From contig OZ176055.1 in assembly GCA_964247055.1 (NCBI GenBank), forward strand, positions 1,612,001-1,676,000: DNA of 64,000 bases, written 5' to 3'. How positions within the stretch are numbered: the stretch's first letter is position 1; each line of letters opens with the position of its first letter. A model generated the notes under the pieces. That model saw nothing but the letters and a program-made list of their open reading frames with translations. It did not search any database and was not told the DNA's origin. Shown in pieces: positions 58,301 to 64,000 of the stretch. Source of the DNA: Paragordius varius. Taxonomy: Eukaryota > Animalia > Nematomorpha. Position numbers and translations under genes: made by a program.

Positions 58301-60350
58301 TCACTGAAAACCACCCATACATCGTATGCTGTAATCCCAATTTTTTTCCTGCTCATTATGCAAAAAGGGAAATGCAATGTTTGACAAAAATGAACCATAT
58401 TTTACCAACAATTAATATGAAATTTATAAATTACAACTTGCCCAATCAAACATTTAGCTTAAAAATTCGGGCTGCCGATTATTTCACATTTCATAACCAC
58501 ACAAAAGACGAATTGGCTTCCCATTTGAAGTGGGAAATATTAACGGCACATCGTAAACAATGGAATAACCTTGTATGTCACAAAATATTGATTACCAAAT
58601 CCACAAGACAAAGTATTAATTAAACTATTTTATATTTTAGCCGTTTAATTTGGGTTTACGAAACACATTGTGATTGAATACACATTAGATTTTTCATTAA
58701 ATATTGCCAAGAAGTATTTACAGTAAAAAAATTATTAAAACAAATAATTTTTTATATGCACCATTTTTAAGCCAATCACATTATTTTTAACTAATAAAAA
58801 ATTTTTACACACAGACTTCAATTGAATTTGTTTTTTATTCGAAACTAAAATCCGGCCTAGAATTTTTCAATGTTTATAAATTTTATGAGCATAATAATTG
58901 TATCAATCGATGATTAAATTCATGCTTAATATGAATAAGATTGATGGCATATATGGTAAATTTTCCCATATTTCACCCTTCGAAATGGTAAAACCGCTGG
59001 TTTCAAAATTTTAAGACATTTAAAATACAAAAATCTAGAATCGTAACCGGAATATATATATAAATCATTTGGAAATAATAAATTTGGGCACTAAATTCAG
59101 TCATAATGCCCTTTAATTTTAAATAAAAATAAACATCTTAATATTTTTTATGTTTCATTATCTTATCCAAATGGTACTTAGGTATTACAATGGGAACTAT
59201 GGTGTTTCAAAATTTAATAATTTCAATTGATCCTTACAATAAGATTTCCCTTTTCTCAGAGGCTCTTGAACAGGATAATAAATTAACACATGATAATTTG
59301 ACATATACATCAAGTAAATAAGTATCTTACAGTCATGTATCCTTTATTTTATCCAAAATTTATTTTTCGTTTGGGTATAAATATAAATATTTGGCAAAGA
59401 ATGGAAAAATTAAGAGCTCTTTAGTATTAACAATATCATATTCATCAAAGAAGTAAAAGAAGTGTGGGGGAAGGGCTGTTTGATTTAAAATAAAAAATAT
59501 TTCGAAAAAATTATATTAAAATTTGCTAAAAAATTAACAAATATTACCATTCCCCTTTAACAATATTTTAAGATTAAGGGTTGGTTGTTATATTTTCATT
59601 TTTTTACAAAAGATATCCGACGCCCTTCCCCCAAACTTCTTTGATTTTATAAATATGATATGGTTAATACCATTAGGCTCTTTTCTTTAACAAATAAAAA
59701 TATAATTTTTATATTCTTTGATGAATATATTGTTAATACCATAGAGCTCTTGTTTTTTCCATTCTTTGCCAAATATTTATACCCAGAAAGAAAATAAATT
59801 TTAATAAAATAAAGGATACATGACTGTAATACATATTTTATTGTTACTGGCTACGGACACTAAGATATATCAATTCGATATATTATAATTATTATTTAAT
59901 AGATATGTGTTTATAAATTTAGCAACATATTTTGATATACTAAACACTTAACAATAATAAATGGAAAGACACGCGTATATATCATTTTTGAAATATATTT
60001 TGTAAGTTTAATTAAAAATATCCAATTTATAAACTTTCCCTCAAAATAAAAAATTAAAAATGAAAATGAGTTTATGTGTGTGTATTATAACTAGTAAAAA
60101 AAACTAATCATACTAAAAACGAACTTTGAACGATATTTAAAAATCTTTGATTTTATTGATTCAAATCTTTTTATTCCAAAAAATCTTAGATTTAGAAGAA
60201 ATGTGTCGCGCTACTCTAAATGACTTTTCCAGGAGTCATCGATGGTTAACGGTTGCATATGTCTTAAGTACTTTTGCTATGATTATGTTTTTAACAGTGG
60301 CTACCACTTCCCAATGCCAAAGAATAATGACCACTTATCATGCAATTTAA
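46363..60350 (+). CDS. BACE: BACE (beta-secretase)-like type I membrane aspartic protease, 9 coding exons (46363-46596, 48178-48266, 54053-54173, 54513-54617, 56409-56519, 57386-57679, 58258-58612, 59182-59313, 60190-60350), 533 aa
   Basis: Signal peptide, then YGNVENGFWITIFVGTPPQK|VNVLIDTANSNFVI, flap SPYRNGKWMG, WQGILGLS, |PD, KWFYE, DCRY...SIDTGKRDLSLP, VCC, LPTINMKF...NQTFSLKI, CHKILI, ITMGTMVF, then LEEMCR...WLTVAYVLSTFAMIMFL (TM) and a short tail. These are collinear with vertebrate BACE1/2 motifs as I recall them. All introns are GT-AG and in frame (1602 nt). Confidence 0.9.
48681..48949 (-). repeat. 3' LTR of the Gypsy element (269 bp)
   Basis: Identical by base-by-base reading to 52942-53210. 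Minus strand reads TGTAAGGTT...CCTCACA. Confidence 0.97.
48950..48963 (-). promoter_or_regulatory. Polypurine tract of the Gypsy element
   Basis: Minus-strand TAGGGGGAGAGTAA directly abuts the 3' LTR. Confidence 0.85.
49001..52921 (-). CDS. Gag-Pol polyprotein, 1306 aa (gag with two Zn knuckles, protease, RT, RNase H, integrase)
   Basis: CSNCGYRHGSATC and CFNCDKWNHFSTVC knuckles; YDTGA protease; RLPFG and YLDD RT; ETDAS...EKEA...YTDHKPL RNase H; LHTGH...CEAC, HIDV, TDNA and NGLVER integrase. The PR-RT-RH-IN order is the Gypsy order. Confidence 0.97.
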   Translation of the reverse strand: MSQALDISKLILEPFKEPMNFTQYIRHIRRVLNSKNIESNDTTMKRTFLAFGGIQVIMKIETLAFPKLIDDMEWEEIATLATQIYSPISSLWLNRVEFYRLKKMPDESVMDFLERLKAKCEAGKFEGDIQSKLRDLFLVGLENPRVEREIQSKYPDGKKDGGPVTLQAIVDIAYSYELEDKKVHNIRDNNDMNNNNTSELPSSIQPVVNDNNTINQIIRKLCSNCGYRHGSATCPAKGKRCFNCDKWNHFSTVCKATFRRPSIRTMTSPNNTPRIQVLINNIPTTFIYDTGAEVSVIGKRTWVNIGRPRLLPAPNLRTYNDGPIEVLGKSMISVVLNEEEKCLPCVVTQTNPPAVFGMNWMRAFRLEFPKNVFSVLHTQAPNNKMLFDYFDKLFSDELGTFNGPPIKLFIDPGAKPKVFPCRRVPLTLKPLVENEIDRLVKLKILRPIDPTQTPITWASPTVNIVKGNGEIRICADFRISINRYLAKDSHLIPTFDELATKVANGIIFSTLDLKDAYLQFPIDRASQTLVTITTHKGFYAYQRLPFGLTSAPMIFQRCMDNLLKDIPGICVYLDDVLISGATREEHDQRLREVFRRLQEAGLRLRRDKLQIGISRVKYMGYVISDQGIEPSNEKLEAIKNCPTPTNKTELRSFLGLINFHERFIPNCHPHLATLHKLSGKNTPWRWTPADDSEFAKAKSLLTRPPALMPFNDRFPLLIETDASNKGFGAILFHKTPQGKRPIFYASRTCSIAEKGYSTIEKEAKAIVFALEKFKYFIYGRPFEIYTDHKPLVSLFGRKRDINNINNSKLLRWISKTIGYEYEIFYKKGEENLADALSRLPIEHSQPDDEDDAATKQVRFLALKTLDVNKKVVEEATITDQRLSKVKNALRTNSWIDEDLKPFLKHKNDLECCYNLLYLNDRLVIPQAMQETILKLLHTGHSGLKTMKAQARCSVFWPELDIDLENYVERCEACQTYRPNAPENLPYRWNFNTLTWERLHIDVAGPVDGYYWLVTIDSASRWVEIDLLKSITSQSVLNCLEKHIARFGFPRQIVTDNAPYFTSREFTTLLNHMNIKHICAAPYHPKTNGLVERVIKTLKTKYAATKTQQMHAYEAINTVLYSYRTSMHSSLKETPSAIFLKRRVHNPISWVKTTPVEFIEHENEPRREFQQNDPVYIKNEMAVGWRPGHILERRGLLSYEVQDEEGLRKRKHADQLRHRSGGNSYESNPLIEQSVPGHVEAPSEQTFHPTSESQIAHAPSPATSWQDVAPESLTPVEATPDVVKEVSDLPERRYPLRRRQPPDRLNL
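52931..52939 (-). promoter_or_regulatory. Primer-binding site, tRNA-His-like
   Basis: TGGTGCCGT lies 2 nt inside the 5' LTR and is complementary to ACGGCACCA, the conserved 3' end of animal tRNA-His(GUG). Confidence 0.7.
52942..53210 (-). repeat. 5' LTR of the Gypsy element (269 bp)
   Basis: Identical to 48681-48949 and adjacent to the PBS. Confidence 0.97.
54687..55234. mobile_element. Two adjacent Tc1/mariner-type MITEs of family T1 (54687-54947 and 54975-55234)
   Basis: Each has TA|CAGT..AATTGAAAT..TAT.C.GA at the left end and the inverse ...TATAAT...TTTACTG at the right end. Confidence 0.7.
55259..56405. mobile_element. Foldback element, family F1 (~1.15 kb, arms ~500 bp), ending at the BACE exon 5 acceptor
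   Basis: Left TA|CACAGTGTACAAAATCGGGG. Arms mirror each other nearly to the centre (AAGTTATTTACACTTTTGTG vs CACAAAAATGTAAATAACTT; GAAAATGGCAAAATTTG vs CAAATTTTGCCATTTTC; TTGTTGAAGCGTAC vs GTACGCTTCACCCAA). Confidence 0.7.
56773..57058. mobile_element. Tc1/mariner-type MITE (family T1)
   Basis: CAGTAAAAGTTGGAATTATACGGGCAAAACG ... CGTTTTGTCTGTATAACTTCAATTTTTACTG|TA. Confidence 0.75.
59330..59826. mobile_element. Tc1/mariner-type foldback MITE (family T3, 497 bp) in BACE intron 8
   Basis: TA|CAGTCATGTATCCTTTATTTT ... AAAATAAAGGATACATGACTG|TA is a perfect 21-bp TIR extending imperfectly over more than 120 bp. A further internal inverted pair is GTGTGGGGGAAGGGC / GCCCTTCCCCCAAAC. Confidence 0.85.
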
Positions 60351-62140
60351 TCTCAATAATTTATTTTAATTTTTGCTTTTTGAGAATAATTTGTAAAGAA
60401 ATGTAAACAAATATGTAATTAATTACATGTGATTTTAAACTGATAACCCTGAAATAAAAATATATTTGCAAACTATATATATTAATAGAGGTAATTAATT
60501 TTTACGTACTTGATGATTTTGCGACAAATATGTAAATTAATTAATGTCAAAATACAAATAAATTAGTTTATTTTTGACAAAATATGTCAAAATACAAATA
60601 AATTATATTTATTTTTGACAAAATGTTACGAATAATAATAAGGCAATTAAATGTTATTAACAACCTTCATACATGCAATTAACTTTGGGTATTTAAGGGA
60701 TTAAGGAATTTATTTTAACTTTTTTAATATTTATTATATATTTGAGATTTTTACATCTCACATTCCCGCTATCTCACATAATGGTAACTAATCTATAAAT
60801 TTTGTTTTAAAATATTATTGAGGATACTACGATCTTTATTAAATGTTTTATACATATATTTTTTTATTGAAGTCAAATAACTTAAAAGCTTGATCTAATT
60901 AGAATCGCTTAATATTCATATTTTAAGATTTAAAGCATATTTTATTTTTAATTTAAGTATCATAAATACACGCATTTTATTTGTGGAAACGAAAATGAGT
61001 GATGGGTACGTAAATCTACCCCCCTATAAAATATGTAATTTTTAACTCAAAATTGAAATTTAACTATATGTTGTGTAATAACTGTCAATGTCGAAAATTT
61101 GGTTTTCTTTAATTCAAAATTAAGATTCTCAGCAATTTAAAATAATATTTATCACAAAACTTAATTATTTAAATTAATTTCATAGGCATTTTAAACTGAT
61201 TGAATCAAAAATTATTTTTCCTTGTTACTAAAAAACATGACCATAAAAAATTGCAACCTCAGCCCACATTATCGTAAGCAATTTTTTCGAGATGCCAAAA
61301 AATTTATAAACCAATCATAAATATTTTTATTAAAATATTAAATTGTAAAAATATCCTCATGTCCTCAAAACAAACGGAAACCGTTTTTAAGCGATAATAA
61401 AATTATATATTTGCTAAATTTATCAGCTTTGTTTACTTAAATTGCATCAAAAATTAATATTTTGCAACATATAACGGAGTATACTCTACTATGTTGCGTT
61501 ATCCGGATAAACACTGCATAAAAACAGTTTTACAAAATTTGATGCCAGAGATGATATTTAGAATCTCCTATCTTATAAAAAATATGAATTTTTTAATTTA
61601 AGGTAAAATAATTATAGAATTTGTTTAAAACGTTTATATTTGATGTATTTTAAATCTGAAGTGCTAGATATCTATAGCGGTATCGGATTGCATAGAGAAA
61701 GTGTTTCCATAATATTCATTTGGTGAATATTTTTTGGTAATGTATACACTAAAATTTCCCTTTACTACACGATTAACATATTTAATCTGAGAAATTTCGC
61801 GCCTTGGATTCAAAAAAAATGTCTACAAATTGGAGGGATTTTGAATTTATGTTATAATATTATCCCATTTATAAAATCAAAAACACCCTCCCAAATAACG
61901 TCAAAATTATTCTATAGTTTTTAATGATTATTACCCATCGCGCAATGTTAAAAAAATTAAACTACCTTATAAATTCAAGTTCATTTTATTTGGTAACACG
62001 GATACTTTTTTTGAGAATAATTAACTTTTAAAATTTGCATGTGGCATTGAAAAGCCAGCCCGTAAACATTTTGGCCACTGTTGATATATTCATTTATATA
62101 ATCATACATATATATACTTACATGTTATTTATTTGTTCAG

Positions 62141-62740
62141 AAAAAGTCCACGAGTTTACAGCTCGTGTTAATTGGTTGCATTTGTCTACACTTGAGCATT
62201 TGTCAAAAAACTCATCAGATCTACAAAAGACAAATAAGTAGTGGTCAGTTTCAACACCCCGCTGAATCTTTTTTACCACCACCACCATCTTTACCTGTAA
62301 ATCATGTTAAAGGGTTTAGGGGACCTAAGCCCAGATTTATCGGTCCAGATTTCGTGGGTAGGCGACGACATCGAATTCGACCTTACGGATCATCCGTTCT
62401 TGTGCGCCGACGTGAAAATGAAAACTATTTACATCGAAAAGCTTACAGCGAAACTCGGTATGGAGCAAATAGAGCAAGATTGCTAGCTAGACGAAGGTAT
62501 GGCATTAGCCCCTTAAGACGTAGTAGGCTATATCACCCAGCTGCAAAAAGTTTATTTAGACCACGTGCGGAGCTACATAGTAAACGACCATTTCGGCCTG
62601 TAGTACCATATTACTCTCCAGAAAAAAATCGCCTAGGTTTTAGAGGTTACCCCACACCACGAAATTCTTATGTCCACCCAGATTTCGAAGACTATTTTGA
62701 CGAAGATGATGAGGATTGGGGAGATAGTGAAGATTTTTAA
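62141..62740 (+). CDS. Terminal exon of a secreted Arg/Pro/Tyr-rich protein with an acidic C-terminal tail (199 aa in this exon; start exon uncertain)
   Basis: Acceptor TTTGTTCAG at 62140 opens the frame KKSTSLQLVLIGCICLHLSICQ (signal-like), then KR|QISS, a PPPP run, Arg clusters and DFEDYFDEDDEDWGDSEDF*. Candidate phase-0 start exons are 61945-61992 or 60995-61009. Confidence 0.65.
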   Translation, partial: KKSTSLQLVLIGCICLHLSICQKTHQIYKRQISSGQFQHPAESFLPPPPSLPVNHVKGFRGPKPRFIGPDFVGRRRHRIRPYGSSVLVRRRENENYLHRKAYSETRYGANRARLLARRRYGISPLRRSRLYHPAAKSLFRPRAELHSKRPFRPVVPYYSPEKNRLGFRGYPTPRNSYVHPDFEDYFDEDDEDWGDSEDF

Positions 62741-62786
62741 TAGAAATATTAATATTACTTTATAAAAAAATTTATACAAATTAATT

Positions 62787-62822
<36 letters not shown>

Positions 62823-63298
62823 GCACAATAAATATAATAAATACGAAATCGTATTAGATATCCATAATAATTGTTATCCGCATCTGAATCAATCGAAGAA
62901 CAGTAAATTAATAAAAAGTTTACACATTAAAAAAGGCCCATATATACTACTAAATCATAATTTAAAACAATGTTTTGAGCCTTGATTATTTAACCGATTC
63001 ATATTCAATTTCAAAAAAGTGTTCAGATAGTTATCCCATTATTGTGAATTATATATCTAAGCGATTTTTGGTTAAAAATCAAATATATACTGTGAGGGTA
63101 TATAATAAATTTTTTACACAAAAGATTCAAATTTCCTAAATAATTATTAAAATATGAGAAATTCACACAAAAAGCTTGCATTCCTGGTCTAAAATTATTT
63201 CATGTGCCCATATTACAAATTGTTCAATACATCAAAGATTTATATTTAACATATCGGATAATGAGCTCGTTTCACTTTCCCAAATCTAACTAATGTTT

Positions 63299-63546
63299 TA
63301 TACCAGTTGTAATTCAAATTCACCCTTAAACAATTCAAATTCATTCACCCTTAAACGATTCAAAATACTATAATAAATACATGTTTTTTGAGATTATAAA
63401 TTTCCTATATTTTTTTATCCTTTTTAAAAATAAAATTTCGTTTAAAATTAAAATAATACTAATAAAAATGTGTTATATTAGCCCAAAAATAATTCATTTT
63501 TGGTATTTAAAATGTTTAAGGCTTAATTTGAATTGTAAATGCTATA
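63299..63546. mobile_element. Foldback-like MITE (family T2)
   Basis: AATTCAAATTCACCCTTAAAC units at the left and AATTTGAATTGTAAATGCTAT at the right. Confidence 0.6.
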
Positions 63547-63673
63547 TTATTTAACAACAAAATAAAATACATTATTAAAAACCATTAATTTTATTATTAA
63601 ATAAATAAATTATTTATAAAAAATAATAATAAAATTTTGAATTCTTAGCGCACTTATGATAGATTGTTTTAAG

Positions 63674-63831
63674 TTAAGGTATAATAGTATTTTCAGTTAT
63701 AATATCAGAAAAGATTTGTTTTAATCGCCCAATCCAATCTTCACCTGTATTATTGAGTTGGGCCCATGTAGGGTAATTAGCTTCGGGGATTTTAATGTTT
63801 GACATAACTTCCCTGATAAGATTTTCATTTT
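63674..63831 (-). CDS. MEA1: Last exon of a male-enhanced antigen 1 (MEA1)-like gene; the rest lies beyond the window
   Basis: Acceptor ATTTTATAG at 63832, then NENLIREVMSNIKIPEANYPTWAQLNNTGEDWIGRL, matching the MEA1 C-terminal pattern (x-M-x-x-I-x-L/I-P-x(4)-P-x-W-A-x(6-7)-W) as I recall it. Confidence 0.6.
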
Positions 63832-64000
63832 CTATAAAATATATATTTAACTTATTAAACATTAAATAGGTAAAGTGTTTTTTAATCGACAAAAATTTAA
63901 TTTAATTTAGTCAGTTATCCCCTCCCAAAGACCGTTTTCGGACACATTTTGATACCATTATTTAAAAATTAAAATAATATCTAAGTTTCAAAAATTAAAC

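Noticed and set aside
58553-58578. Donors at 58553 (GTAAAC) or 58573 (GTATGT) for BACE exon 7
   Set aside because: The site at 58573 is the wrong phase for the next exon. The site at 58553 would delete the conserved C-x-K-x-x-I (CHKILI) motif and its disulfide Cys. The donor at 58613 retains both.

Overview
Very AT-rich, intron-containing eukaryotic (animal-type) genomic DNA, heavily filled with transposable elements. Manual splice assembly (GT-AG, frame-consistent) supports eight protein-coding loci. (1) A small secreted orphan (- strand, 70-736). (2) A secreted Gly/His/Tyr/Lys-rich structural-type protein (12569-20053). (3) A 16-exon ARHGAP32/33 (RICS/CdGAPr)-type PX-SH3-RhoGAP gene of about 2310 aa with large insertions inside its domains (20721-37362). 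(4) A small TM/coiled-coil orphan (- strand, 37768-41057). (5) A two-exon gene that by eye aligns with the microbial-type PARG (DUF2263) macrodomain but lacks its catalytic motif (43691-46040). (6) A 9-exon BACE-like membrane aspartic protease with non-canonical DTAN/DTGK active-site motifs (46363-60350). (7) A secreted Arg-rich protein with an acidic tail (last exon 62141-62740). (8) The last exon of an MEA1-like gene (- strand, 63674-63831). BACE intron 2 holds an intact Ty3/Gypsy (Mag-like) retrotransposon with identical 269-bp LTRs, a CCAAT target-site duplication and a tRNA-His-type PBS. Introns and intergenic DNA contain several MITE/foldback families, two decayed LINE fragments, a tRNA-derived SINE and a local segmental duplication at about 2.4-10.5 kb. 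The most interesting observations are the pseudo-PARG, the altered BACE active site, a candidate 21-nt microexon born from a tandem duplication, and relaxed splice-site consensus. Family assignments are by-eye motif recognition, not database searches, and the source organism cannot be fixed from this window.
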